A stretch of DNA of 64,000 bases, taken from the NCBI GenBank assembly GCA_965247455.1, contig CBDFHE010000016.1, forward strand, positions 183,054-247,053. The letters run 5' to 3'. The DNA is from Candidatus Acidiferrales bacterium. Lineage in GTDB: Bacteria; Acidobacteriota; Terriglobia; Acidiferrales; 2-02-FULL-67-57. Position 1 is the first letter of the stretch; each line of letters opens with the position of its first letter. Below, one piece after another: positions 41,940 to 52,130 of the stretch. Both the position numbers and the translations under genes were made by a program. The notes under the pieces were generated by a model. That model did not search any database. It was not told the DNA's origin and saw only the letters and a program-made list of their open reading frames with translations.

Positions 41940-42733
41940 TCACCAGAGATAGTAAAAGAGCACGCTGAAAAACATATCAGCGACGATGACGAGCGTGATC
42001 GAGGTTACGACTGCGCTGGTGGTCGCCCGGCCCACGCCTTCCGCCCCGCCCCGCACCGCCAAGCCTTCGTAACAACCCACAGCCGCGATGATGATTCCAA
42101 ACACCACGCTCTTAATCAACCCGGAGAGGATGTCTCGCAACAGGAGAGCCCCGGTGGCGCGCGTCCAGTAGTATCCCATCGGCATCCCAATTCGTACAGC
42201 GTGAAAATGGAGCCCCCTGCGATTCCCATCAGGTCGGCCAGCAAAGTCAGGCACGGCATCACCAGCAACAACGCCAGGTACTTGGGAACCACCAGGAATT
42301 TGACTTTGTTCAGGCCGATGGTTTCCAGGGCGTCGATCTCTTCGCCCACCTTCATGGTTCCCAGTTCGGCGGCGAAGGAAGAGGCGGAACGCCCCGCCAC
42401 GATCACGGCGGTCATCAACGGCCCCAGTTGCCGGCTCATCGCCACCGCCACCAGGTCGACCACATAGACCGTGCCACCGTACTTGCGCAGCTCGTAGGCA
42501 GTCTGGAAGGCCAGGACCAAACCGACGAAGAAGGAAATCAAGGAAACAATCGGGATGGCGCTCACGCCCGTCAGCACCATTTGGTGAATCGCTGACCGGC
42601 CCTTTATTCCCTTGCCACACAGGGGAGCCCACAGGGTCCAGTAGGCGGCGTCTTTTCCTAACCGGGTGATCCCGCCGGCGTAGCGGAGGAAGTTCAGGGT
42701 GCCGCGTCCTACGTAGGCCAGCAAGGCGCCCAT
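41940..42733 (-). pseudogene. MlaE-like permease, frameshifted near 42187
   Basis: AGRSASSFAAELGTMKV and GGAEGVGRATT lie in different frames. Confidence 0.85.
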
Positions 42734-42744
42734 AGCGGTGGGGC

Positions 42745-43107
42745 CTAGTCGCTGTCTTGCGGCAAGGAGCCGGCGAGCTGCTGCAAGGCTTCGTCCTCGC
42801 TCTTGAAAATTCGGAACACCTTGTCCAGCCGCACCAGTTCGAGCACGTTCCGCAGGTTTTTGCTTAAGCTGCACAACCCGAAGGGAACCTTGTTGGCTTG
42901 CGCCGCTTTCAAGCCTTCCACCAGGGTGGCGATGCCGGAGCTGTCCATATAGCCCACCGCCCCCAGATTGACCAGAACCGCTGCCTGGGTTTTCTTCCTC
43001 CAGGCTTGCAAGAGGGGCCCGCGCAGGTCCGGGGTGCTCTCGAAGGTGAGCTGGCCCTCTACATCCACGATGGCCGCCTGGCCGCGTTCGCGCACCGTGA
43101 CGGTCAC
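42745..43107 (-). CDS. STAS domain / anti-anti-sigma factor
   Basis: NLGAVGYMDSSGIATLV. Confidence 0.88.
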   Translation of the reverse strand: MTVTVRERGQAAIVDVEGQLTFESTPDLRGPLLQAWRKKTQAAVLVNLGAVGYMDSSGIATLVEGLKAAQANKVPFGLCSLSKNLRNVLELVRLDKVFRIFKSEDEALQQLAGSLPQDSD

Positions 43108-43496
43108 TGGGTGCTTCCTTCGGGCGCGCGGTACTTGACCAGCGTCAGCCGCAACTTCCCCGCTTCGGTTTCTTCCACCACTACTCGATCCAGCAATTGC
43201 ATGAGGAGATAGGATTCCTCTTCGCTGGTCTCAGTGCCGTCGGCTTCATTTTCCACCACAACTTCCAGCCGGTCGGAAAAGCCGGTAAAAACCACATGGA
43301 GAGTGCGCCCCTCGCACCCGGAACGTTGCAAGAACTGCCGGCAGGCCTTCTCCACCCCTTCCTGCAAGCTCAGTTGTTGTCCTTTGGGAAATCCCAATTG
43401 GCTGGCCAGCACGCCGGCCGTCCGGCGCACAACCGGAAGCAACTCCGGGTCGGTTGTTAGTTCGAGGACCACCGCCACCTGCCTTGCAGTACCCAT
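43104..43496 (-). CDS. degenerate anti-sigma/HATPase-like protein
   Basis: LPVVRR...LGF...VEKAC, LMQLLDRV...LTLVK; ATP-binding boxes look degenerate. Confidence 0.55.
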   Translation of the reverse strand: MGTARQVAVVLELTTDPELLPVVRRTAGVLASQLGFPKGQQLSLQEGVEKACRQFLQRSGCEGRTLHVVFTGFSDRLEVVVENEADGTETSEEESYLLMQLLDRVVVEETEAGKLRLTLVKYRAPEGSTQ

Positions 43497-43713
43497 GACG
43501 TCAAACGGGGTCACTCCTTTGCTACGCCATGCTTCGGCAAGCTGCCTTCTTGCCCTCCCCGGCCCAAGCTCCGAGCACGGAGAGTACACCACAAAAGGAA
43601 AAGCCGCCAACCAAACTTGCCCGGCACTTGCTCGAGCAGCGACTCTTGTCAGCGGGTCGCCGCCACCCGCTGGCGCTGGAGGTCTGCACTCGGGTGGTGC
43701 GTTTCGCCGGTGC

Positions 43714-43893
43714 TCAACTCAACTCATCCTGTGTTGTGTAATCGCAAGCTTCGCGACACTCGCCACAGTAGTAGTACCCGTCCTCCACCAACCGAGCCCC
43801 CTCGAGATTTCCGCAGAGAGTGCAGTACTTGGTGCAGGAGCAGCGGCGTTCCGGCAAATCGCACTGAGCGCAGGCAAATTCCTTTTCGGGCAT
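43714..43893 (-). CDS. small Cys-rich protein, 59 aa, 9 Cys (not in ORF track)
   Basis: GAGGAG RBS; MPEKEFACAQCDLPERRCSCTKYCTLCGNLEGARLVEDGYYYCGECREACDYTTQDELS. Confidence 0.75.
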   Translation of the reverse strand: MPEKEFACAQCDLPERRCSCTKYCTLCGNLEGARLVEDGYYYCGECREACDYTTQDELS

Positions 43894-43960
43894 CGGACTT
43901 TCTCCTCGATCCTGTGCCCCACTCCACTATACGGAGGGCCAGCCGCCGCTGCAAGCTTGC

Positions 43961-43990
43961 TTGACCCTTCCAGAGACCGTGTGCTAACTT
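43961..43990 (+). promoter_or_regulatory. putative sigma70 promoter of the gcv operon
   Basis: TTGACC, 18-bp spacer, TAACTT with extended TG. Confidence 0.4.
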
Positions 43991-44020
43991 TCCAGTTCTC
44001 ATATTCCCACGGAGTTTTTC

Positions 44021-45130
44021 TTGGCTACCGAAACTCAAACCGCGCCCCGGCAGACTGTGCTCAACGCCGCCCACCGCGCCCTGAAAGCGAAGATGGTGAA
44101 CTTTGCCGGCTGGGACATGCCGGTGGAGTACAGAGGCATCATCCCCGAGCATCTGGCCGTGCGCACGGCGGCGGGTCTGTTCGACGTAAGCCACATGGGG
44201 GAAATTGAGATTCGCGGGCCGCAAGCGCTGGACCTGGTGCAGCAGGTCGCCTGCAACAATGCCGCCCGTCTCGCGGTGGGGCAGGCGCAATACTCCGCCC
44301 TGCTCACCGAGCAAGGCACCTTCGTGGATGACATTGTTGTCCACAAGTTCTCCGATACTCATTACTTCATCTGCGTCAACGCCGCCAATCGCGAGAAGGA
44401 TTTCGCGCATATCCAGGCGCAAAACCGGTTCAAGGCTGAAGTGAACCACACCAGCGACGACTATACCCAACTGGCGCTGCAAGGGCCGCGCGCGGCCTAC
44501 ATCCTCCAGCGGTTGACACCGGTGGACCTGAGCGCCATCCGCACCTACCGCTTCACTTTCGGAAAGGTCTGCGACGTCCGCTGCCTGATCGCCCGCACCG
44601 GCTACACCGGCGAAGACGGCTTCGAACTCTACTTGGAACCGCCCGTATCGGAAAAAGTTTGGAACGCGCTGTTGGATGCAGGCAAAGAAGATGGTTTGAT
44701 CCCCGTCGGCCTGGGAGCGCGCAACACCCTGCGGTTGGAATCGGGGTATGCTCTTTACGGACACGAGATTGACGACACTACTACGGTCTGGGAAGCGAAG
44801 CTGGGTTGGATTTGCAAGCTCGACAAAGGCGAGTTTGCCGGCCGGGCGGCTCTGGTGGCACAAAAGGAAGCGGGCGTCGGGCGCAAGCTGGCGGGGTTTG
44901 AAATGCGCGGGCGCGGCATCGCCCGCGACGGCTACCCGGTCTTGGTTGACAGGCAAGAATGCGGGCGCGTCACCAGCGGCAGTCCCGCCCCTTACTTGAA
45001 AAAGAACCTCGGCCTGGCTTATATCCCGGTTGGGGCTAGCGCCGTCGGCACACGCATCGGCATCGGAATTCGAGGCGCCACGGTGGAGGCGGAGCTGGTG
45101 CCGACGCCCTTCTACAAGCGGCCGAAATAG
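44021..45130 (+). CDS. gcvT: glycine cleavage T protein
   Basis: FAGWDMPV, FDVSHMGE, RTGYTGEDGFE. Confidence 0.96.
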   Translation: MATETQTAPRQTVLNAAHRALKAKMVNFAGWDMPVEYRGIIPEHLAVRTAAGLFDVSHMGEIEIRGPQALDLVQQVACNNAARLAVGQAQYSALLTEQGTFVDDIVVHKFSDTHYFICVNAANREKDFAHIQAQNRFKAEVNHTSDDYTQLALQGPRAAYILQRLTPVDLSAIRTYRFTFGKVCDVRCLIARTGYTGEDGFELYLEPPVSEKVWNALLDAGKEDGLIPVGLGARNTLRLESGYALYGHEIDDTTTVWEAKLGWICKLDKGEFAGRAALVAQKEAGVGRKLAGFEMRGRGIARDGYPVLVDRQECGRVTSGSPAPYLKKNLGLAYIPVGASAVGTRIGIGIRGATVEAELVPTPFYKRPK

Positions 45131-45178
45131 CCGGAACACTATATTTCCCCGAAGCGAGGAGCAAGCGCGGAACAGATT

Positions 45179-45574
45179 ATGTACCCGGCGGATTGTCGCT
45201 ACACCAAAGAGCACGAGTGGATCAAAGTGGCGGAAGGTGTCGCCACTATTGGTATTACTGACCACGCGCAAAAGCAGCTCGGTGACGTGGTGTTTGTGGA
45301 ATTGCCCCAACCGGGCGCCCACTTCGATGCGTTGCAGCCGTTCGGCACAGTGGAGTCGGTCAAGGCGGTCTCGGACGTGTACTGCCCGGTGGCCGGCTCC
45401 ATCACAGAAGTCAACTCAGCCTTGGCGGACAATCCCGCTCTGGTGAATGAGGACCCGCACGAGAAAGCCTGGCTCATCAAGCTCAAACTGGACGACCCCA
45501 AGGCGGCCGACGGCCTCTTGACCGCTGCGCAGTACGAAGAGTTTGTGCGCGAGTCCGAGGAGACGCAGGCGTAG
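45179..45574 (+). CDS. gcvH: glycine cleavage H protein
   Basis: HEWI, GITDHAQ, VESVKAVSD. Confidence 0.96.
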   Translation: MYPADCRYTKEHEWIKVAEGVATIGITDHAQKQLGDVVFVELPQPGAHFDALQPFGTVESVKAVSDVYCPVAGSITEVNSALADNPALVNEDPHEKAWLIKLKLDDPKAADGLLTAAQYEEFVRESEETQA

Positions 45575-46915
45575 ATGCGCTACCTGCCCAAGTCCGAGCA
45601 CGAACGGGCGGAGATGCTGGCCGCGCTCGGTTGCCGGTCGATTGATGAGCTGTTCGCTTGCATCCCGGATTCGATTCGGCTGAAGTGGCCTCTCAACATC
45701 CCGGCTGCCCTTTCCGAACCTGAAATTCTTGACTACTTCCGCGCCCGCGCGGGCGAAACCTCCGGCGGCTACGTGCGGCTGCTGGGCGCCGGCGCCTACA
45801 ACCACTTTCGGCCGGTGGTGCTGGACGCGCTGATTTCCCGCGGCGAGTTCCTGACCACCTACACTCCCTACCAAGGTGAAATCGCCCAGGGAACTTTGCA
45901 AGCCATCTTTGAATTCCAGACCCTGATTTGCCAGTTGACCGGCCAGCAGGTGGCCAACGCGTCCATGTACGATGGCTCCACCGCCCTGGCGGAAGCGGTG
46001 CTGATGGGATTGCGGGTCACGCGGCGTTCGCGCGCTTTGGTCTCGCGCGCCCTCCACCCCGAATACCGTCAAGTGCTTGCCACCTACTGTCAGCGGCCGA
46101 AGGTCGAGCTGACCGAATTGCCTTGCGCGTCTTCGGGCCAGACGGATTTGGCGGCGCTGGAGCGCGCCCTCGACGACGGGACAGGCGTCGTAGCAGTGCA
46201 GTCGCCGAACTTCTTCGGTTGCGTGGAGGATGTGCCCGCCGCGGCTGAGCTGGCCCACCGGCACGGGGCTTTGCTGGTAACTGCCATCACCGAACCGGTG
46301 TCGCTGGGATTGGTTCGCGCGCCGGCGGAGGCTGACATCGTAGCGCTGGAAGCACAATCGTTCGGCCTGCCGGTCAGCTACGGAGGGCCGTTCGTCGGAG
46401 TGCTGGCGACCAAGGAGAAGTTTGTCCGCAGCCTGCCCGGGCGGCTGGTGGGCCAGACCACCGACGCGGAGGGCCGCCGCGGCTTTGTGCTTACGCTGGC
46501 CACGCGCGAGCAGCACATCCGGCGGGAGAAGGCCACCTCCAATATTTGCACCGATCAGGCGCTGTGTGCTCTGGCCGTGACCATTTTCCTGACTGTGTAC
46601 GGCAAGCGCGGCTTGCGCTCGCTGGCGGAGCACAACCTGGCCAAGGCGCGTTACTTGGCAGAAGAACTCAGTAGGCTGCCGGGTGTGAAGCTTCCTTTTT
46701 CTGCGCCCTGCTTCAATGAGTTCGTAGTTGAAGTCCCCGGCCCGACCGCCCGCCTGCATCAGAGGCTGCAAAGCGAGAAGTTCATTGCCGGAGTGGAGCT
46801 GGGGCGGTGGTATCCGGAGCGCAAGAACGCGCTCTTGCTCTGCGTTACGGAGGTGGCGAAACGCGAAGAGCTGGATCGCTTCGTCGCCGCCTTCCGGCAG
46901 GCGCTGGAAGCTTAG
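45575..46915 (+). CDS. gcvPA: glycine dehydrogenase subunit 1
   Basis: YTPYQGEIAQG, NASMYDG, REQHIRREKATSNIC. Confidence 0.95.
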   Translation: MRYLPKSEHERAEMLAALGCRSIDELFACIPDSIRLKWPLNIPAALSEPEILDYFRARAGETSGGYVRLLGAGAYNHFRPVVLDALISRGEFLTTYTPYQGEIAQGTLQAIFEFQTLICQLTGQQVANASMYDGSTALAEAVLMGLRVTRRSRALVSRALHPEYRQVLATYCQRPKVELTELPCASSGQTDLAALERALDDGTGVVAVQSPNFFGCVEDVPAAAELAHRHGALLVTAITEPVSLGLVRAPAEADIVALEAQSFGLPVSYGGPFVGVLATKEKFVRSLPGRLVGQTTDAEGRRGFVLTLATREQHIRREKATSNICTDQALCALAVTIFLTVYGKRGLRSLAEHNLAKARYLAEELSRLPGVKLPFSAPCFNEFVVEVPGPTARLHQRLQSEKFIAGVELGRWYPERKNALLLCVTEVAKREELDRFVAAFRQALEA

Positions 46916-46922
46916 GAAGACC

Positions 46923-48452
46923 ATGGCCGAGATCCCCCGCAAAGCCGCGCCGCACGTGAGCCAGAACGAAGGGCTGATCTTTGAGAAAAGCTCACCCGGC
47001 AAGTATGCCTACGCGTTGCCGCCGCTGGACGTGCCCGCAGCGGAGGCCGGTGAACTCCTCGGCGCTGCGCAGGTGCGCAAGGAAATTGAAGGCTTCCCGG
47101 AGGTGAGCGAAATCGAAATCATCCGCCACTTCACCCGTCTCTCCACCTGGAACTACGGCGTGGACACCGGGATGTACCCCCTGGGGTCCTGCACCATGAA
47201 GTACAACCCGCGGGTGAACGAAGTAGTGGCGGCCCTGCCGGGACTCGCCGGCGAACATCCCTACCAGCCGCTGGAGTTGAGTCAGGGCTGCCTGCGAATC
47301 CTGTGGCTGCTGGAGCGTTGCTTGATTGAAATCACCGGCATGGACGCCATTACCCTGCAACCGGCGGCGGGCGCACACGGAGAGTTGACCGGCATCTTGA
47401 TGGTGCGCGCCTATCTGACCGCGCAGGGCAACCCCCGCAAGATGGTGCTGGTTCCCGACTCCGCCCACGGCACCAACCCCGCCACCGCCGCCATCGCCGG
47501 CTACGCTGTCTGCAGCATCCCTTCCAATCCAAACGGGCAGCTCGACCTCGACGCGCTGCGCCAACTGATGACCGAAGAAGTGGCCGCGCTGATGATTACC
47601 AGCCCCAACACGCTCGGCATCTTTGAAAAACAGATTCAGGAGATTGCCGAAGTTGTCCACCGCCGGGGCGGGTTGATCTATCTGGACGGGGCCAACATGA
47701 ACGCTCTGGCCGGAGTAACCCGCCCGGGGGAGTTCGGCGCCGACATCGTCCACCTGAACCTACACAAGACTTTTTCTACCCCTCACGGCGGCGGCGGGCC
47801 CGGCGCCGGGCCGGTGGCAGTGAAGAAAATCCTGGCGCCTTTCTTGCCCTTTCCGGTGTTGCGGGAGGAAAGCACCGGCGGCCTCAGTTGGGACTTCGAC
47901 CGGCCGCAATCCATTGGGCGTGTGCGCGCCTTCTTCGGCAACTTCGGAGTGCTGGTGCGGGCGTTGGCCTACCTTTTGGCCAATGGGCCGGCAGGAATTT
48001 TGCAAACTACGCGCGATGCGGTGCTGAACGCGAACTTCGTTCGCAAGCACCTGGAAGACGTCTATGAGCTGCCCTACGCGGCTCCTTCGCTGCACGAGTG
48101 CGTCTTTTCGGACCGGCGGCAGCTCAAGCACAAGGTGAGCACGATGGACATCGCCAAGCGCCTGATCGACTACGGCTTCCACCCCTACACGGTGGCTTTC
48201 CCGTTGATCGTGCAAGGGGCGCTGATGATCGAGCCCACTGAAAGCGTGAGCAAGGAAGAGTTGGAACTGTTTATCGCGGCCTTGCGTGCGATCGCTCGGG
48301 AAGCCGAGAGCGACCCCGAGTTGGTCAGAACCGCGCCCCATACCACGCGGGTCAAGCGGCTGGACGAAGTCACCGCCGCCCGCAAGCCCATCCTGCGCTG
48401 GAAGCCCAAAGCGGCGGCCACGCCGGAACCCCAGCCAGAAACCGCCGGTTGA
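46923..48452 (+). CDS. gcvPB: glycine dehydrogenase subunit 2
   Basis: YPLGSCTMKYNP, HLNLHKTFSTPHGGGGPG. Confidence 0.95.
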   Translation: MAEIPRKAAPHVSQNEGLIFEKSSPGKYAYALPPLDVPAAEAGELLGAAQVRKEIEGFPEVSEIEIIRHFTRLSTWNYGVDTGMYPLGSCTMKYNPRVNEVVAALPGLAGEHPYQPLELSQGCLRILWLLERCLIEITGMDAITLQPAAGAHGELTGILMVRAYLTAQGNPRKMVLVPDSAHGTNPATAAIAGYAVCSIPSNPNGQLDLDALRQLMTEEVAALMITSPNTLGIFEKQIQEIAEVVHRRGGLIYLDGANMNALAGVTRPGEFGADIVHLNLHKTFSTPHGGGGPGAGPVAVKKILAPFLPFPVLREESTGGLSWDFDRPQSIGRVRAFFGNFGVLVRALAYLLANGPAGILQTTRDAVLNANFVRKHLEDVYELPYAAPSLHECVFSDRRQLKHKVSTMDIAKRLIDYGFHPYTVAFPLIVQGALMIEPTESVSKEELELFIAALRAIAREAESDPELVRTAPHTTRVKRLDEVTAARKPILRWKPKAAATPEPQPETAG

Positions 48453-48509
48453 GAATCCTGCGGGCGTTCCTCGGTGTGGAATAACTTTGCGGGCGCAAGG
48501 CAAGCCGAA

Positions 48510-49931
48510 CTAGCGAAGGCGGAAGGACTCAAGCATTTCCTGGAAGGTGCGCCGGTAGCGGCGCTGATCCGATTCGGGCACGATGAAAATCAAATAAATC
48601 AAATCGTCTCCGCGCTGAAGGGTGTAGAGCCAATCGATTTCACGCTCTCCCGGCAACGGAGACTCCCCCATCAGCTTGGTCTGCAACGCGCGTTGCCCCG
48701 CCACCCGAATGCGGCGGCGCGAAACTTCCCGCATGCCAGGGTTGGATTCCTGGAGCCGTTCGAGCAACCAATCGGTTGATTCGTCTAGCAGTGCACGGGG
48801 ATCGTCAAGCTCCACAATGTTGATCATAACTCCGTAGCCGACCGAGTCGCCCTGCCGGGTGGAATAAATCCCTTCGGGTGGAGCCAGAGTCACCCCCGCA
48901 CCGCGCTCGTAGGCTTCCCAATTCTCCGGGTAGTAGATGAGGAAGTCGCGCTCGCGATAGCGGACGAACTGGTCGGAGGGAAGCGTTGGCCGATTGATTT
49001 TCCCGGCTGTTTCCCGGCCTGAATCGCGGCGCCTCTGGCCCGGTTTCGGGGGCGGTGGCAAGCTGCGCACGTGCTCCTGGACCAGGTGAAACTCTTCCGA
49101 GTCCTTGCGCGCGTTTGTCCTCGGCCCGCCCAGCCTTCGGACCTCCTCCATGATGCGCTCCTGGCGGTTCTCCGGATGCGGGTGGCTGGAGAAGAACTCG
49201 ATGGACCGCTTCTTGCTTTGGGCGGCCAGGGTTTCAAAAAAGGCTGCCATTTCGCGCGGGTCGTAGCCGGCGTCGTAGAGGATTTGTGCTCCCAGTATGT
49301 CGGCCTGGGTTTCGGCGCTGCGTGAGTACTTTAGGAAGACGGCGGTGAATCCCACCCCGATGCCGAGCTGGGCGAGCTGGCCGACAATGCCCCCGCCCCC
49401 GCCGAACAGGCCTCCCAGGATTGCCAGAGGAGCCTGGGCGACGGTGGCTTTGGTGAGCTGGTTGGTGCCATGCCGCAAGGCCACGTGGGCGATCTCGTGC
49501 GCCATCACCCCTGCCAGTTGCGCTTCGTTTTCCGCCGCCTCGATGGTGCCCCGGTTCATGTAGAGAAAGCCGCCCGGCAGCGCGAAAGCATTGATGGCCT
49601 CTTGGTTGACTGCTTTGAACTGGTAAGGATAGCGGTGACCGGGTGTGTGGCGAACCAAGCGCGCGCCCAGCCGGTTCAGGTAGTCATTGACCGCCTTGTC
49701 CTTCAGCGCCGGTAATTGTTTTTCGGCGTCCTGGGCCGCCTTCTGGCCGAGCTCGATGTCCTGCTGTTCGCTGAACACGTTCCAGCCCGGCTTTACGCGC
49801 GTCCGCTGGTCGCTTCTTGCGGCCGGCCCGGCATAGAGCGGCAATGCGAGCAGGAGTGCTGCCAGCAGCCAGGCTAGGCTGCGCTTCCCCGCCGGGCAGG
49901 GCGGGCGAGCTTTGTGTTTCAGCGTGCGCAT
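48510..49931 (-). CDS. M48 family metalloprotease with C-terminal extension
   Basis: NAFALPGG, HEIAH, ETQAD, SSHP. Confidence 0.88.
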   Translation of the reverse strand: MRTLKHKARPPCPAGKRSLAWLLAALLLALPLYAGPAARSDQRTRVKPGWNVFSEQQDIELGQKAAQDAEKQLPALKDKAVNDYLNRLGARLVRHTPGHRYPYQFKAVNQEAINAFALPGGFLYMNRGTIEAAENEAQLAGVMAHEIAHVALRHGTNQLTKATVAQAPLAILGGLFGGGGGIVGQLAQLGIGVGFTAVFLKYSRSAETQADILGAQILYDAGYDPREMAAFFETLAAQSKKRSIEFFSSHPHPENRQERIMEEVRRLGGPRTNARKDSEEFHLVQEHVRSLPPPPKPGQRRRDSGRETAGKINRPTLPSDQFVRYRERDFLIYYPENWEAYERGAGVTLAPPEGIYSTRQGDSVGYGVMINIVELDDPRALLDESTDWLLERLQESNPGMREVSRRRIRVAGQRALQTKLMGESPLPGEREIDWLYTLQRGDDLIYLIFIVPESDQRRYRRTFQEMLESFRLR

Positions 49932-50319
49932 TGTCAGATCCCTTCGTCTACGCTCTCTAAGATGACGCACGGCGCTGCAACGTTGCGCCCATTCTGCCAC
50001 AATTTTCCCACAAATTACTTTTGTCATCTTTGGGCCGGCTTCCGTGAGAGATTCGTCCAGGCAAACCACCCCTCTTGTTGAACCCCAGCACGCGGGCGAA
50101 GTTGCTTGATTCCGAAGACAATTTGGCGCTTGCTTTCCCCGGCTTTCCTGCGGTAGTGTGAATCAGCGCTCAATGGCAGGGACAAACACCAACGCAGGTC
50201 AGCAACTCTCGCCGTTTGTCAGAATACATCTCTTACGCTACTCACAGCGCAGTGCCCTGCTCGGCAGGAATGAATCAGTGGCCGTGCGCGAAGCATCCTA
50301 AATCAAAGCGGAGTGCGTT

Positions 50320-51264
50320 ATGTCCTTACAGAAAACTGAGAAGATTTGGCACAACGGAAAATTTATCGAGTGGGACGATGCCACCATCCACATCACCTCG
50401 CACGTCATCAGTTACGGCTCAGCCGTGTTTGAAGGCGTCCGCTGCTATGCCACGCCGCACGGGCCTGCCATTTTCCGCTTGCCGGAGCACGCCCAACGCC
50501 TGCTGAACTCTTGCAAGATTTACCGCATGGACGCGAAGTATTCTCTCGACGAGCTCATGCAGGCGATGGTGGAGCTGGTGCGGGTGAACAAGATGCCCCA
50601 CTGTTACATCCGTCCCATCGTGCTGCGCGGCTACGGTACCGTGGGTGTGGATCCGTCCAAGACCCCCATCGAGGTTTACATTGCCTGCTGGCCCTGGGGC
50701 GGCTACCTGGGCGCCGATTCGGTGGAGAAAGGGGTGGATGTGTGCGTCTCATCCTGGAATCGCATGGCGCCCAACACTCTGCCGGCGATGGCCAAGAGCG
50801 CGGCCAATTATATGAATTCACAACTCATCAAGACGGAAGCCACCATCAACGGCTACGTTGAGGGCATTGCGCTCGATGACCGCGGCTTGGTGAGCGAGGG
50901 CAGCGGGGAGAACATCTTTATCGTCCGCGCGGGCACCGTCATCACCCCGCCGCTGGCCAGCTCCGTCCTGCCCGGCATCACCCGCGATTCCGTCATCACG
51001 CTGTGCCGCGATTTGGAGATTCCCTTCCAGGAGCGGTCCATTCCGCGCGAGGAACTCTATATCGCCGACGAGGTTTTTTTCGTCGGCACCGCCACGGAAA
51101 TCGCGCCCATCCGTTCCATCGACAGGCATCCCATTGCCAACGGTCAACGCGGCCCGGTGACAAAAACACTCCAGGACGAATTCTTTGGCATCCTGCAGGG
51201 CAAGAAGGCAGACCGCCACGGCTGGCTGACCCTGGTCAAACAACCGGTGGCGGCTGCTCGCTGA
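50320..51264 (+). CDS. ilvE: branched-chain amino acid aminotransferase
   Basis: YGSAVFEG, YIRP, EGSGENIF, LPGITR. Confidence 0.94.
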   Translation: MSLQKTEKIWHNGKFIEWDDATIHITSHVISYGSAVFEGVRCYATPHGPAIFRLPEHAQRLLNSCKIYRMDAKYSLDELMQAMVELVRVNKMPHCYIRPIVLRGYGTVGVDPSKTPIEVYIACWPWGGYLGADSVEKGVDVCVSSWNRMAPNTLPAMAKSAANYMNSQLIKTEATINGYVEGIALDDRGLVSEGSGENIFIVRAGTVITPPLASSVLPGITRDSVITLCRDLEIPFQERSIPREELYIADEVFFVGTATEIAPIRSIDRHPIANGQRGPVTKTLQDEFFGILQGKKADRHGWLTLVKQPVAAAR

Positions 51265-51319
51265 ATTTCGGCTGCTGCCTGATTGTGTGGATCCCAATTT
51301 CTGTGATTGAGGAGGCGCG

Positions 51320-52009
51320 ATGAATTACAGCACCACTCAAAAGGCGATTGCGGAGTTCGTTGGCACGCTTGCGCTGATTTTTATTGGCGCGGGCTCCATC
51401 TGCGCCAACCAGTTTCTGGGCGGCGGCGTGGGTTTGGTGGGGATTGCCCTTGCTCACGGCCTCACCATCGCGGTTATGGTCTCCGCCATCGGACACATCT
51501 CCGGCGGGCACATCAACCCGGCCGTCACCATCGGCGCCTGGGCGGCGGGCAAGATTCCGACGCGTGAAGCCTTCATCTACTGGATGGCGCAACTCGCCGG
51601 CGGAGTAGCGGGCGCAGCCTTGCTGGTGTTGGCGTTTGACCCGGCCACGCGTGCCGCCGTCAACCTGGGCACGCCTGCGCTGGCCTCCGGCGTTACTCTG
51701 TTTCAGGGTATCGTGGTTGAGGTGCTGTTGACTTTCTTTCTGGTTTTCACCGTGTTTGCGACTGCGATTGACGACCGGGGCGCGTTCAAGATGGTCGGCG
51801 GCTTCGCCATCGGCATGGTGGTCACGTTCGACATCCTGGCAGGAGGCGCATTGACCGGCGCTTCCATGAATCCGGCGCGGTCGTTCGGGCCGGCTTTGGT
51901 GGCAAACTTTTGGACCGCGCACCACGTCTATTGGGTGGGCCCGCTGGCGGGCGGACTCCTCGCCGGCCTGTTCTACAATGGCGTCTTCCTGCGCCGGCAG
52001 AACTCCTAG
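51320..52009 (+). CDS. MIP family aquaporin
   Basis: Two NPA motifs (GGHINPAVT, SMNPARS). Confidence 0.93.
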   Translation: MNYSTTQKAIAEFVGTLALIFIGAGSICANQFLGGGVGLVGIALAHGLTIAVMVSAIGHISGGHINPAVTIGAWAAGKIPTREAFIYWMAQLAGGVAGAALLVLAFDPATRAAVNLGTPALASGVTLFQGIVVEVLLTFFLVFTVFATAIDDRGAFKMVGGFAIGMVVTFDILAGGALTGASMNPARSFGPALVANFWTAHHVYWVGPLAGGLLAGLFYNGVFLRRQNS

Positions 52010-52130
52010 CCATCCGCGATACCAGATCACAACGAGTTGGTGCACCGATACGTCTGTCCATTAGAGTCCGTACAGGTCGTGGCGCGCAGACGGCCAGAGG
52101 AGTTTTTAAGTCTTGCCGGGGGAGCCCTGA

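Noticed and set aside
43700-44020. Glycine riboswitch upstream of gcvT
   Set aside because: No GGAGA...CCGAAG...CTCTCAGG aptamer pattern; the region is explained by the divergent Cys-rich ORF and a promoter
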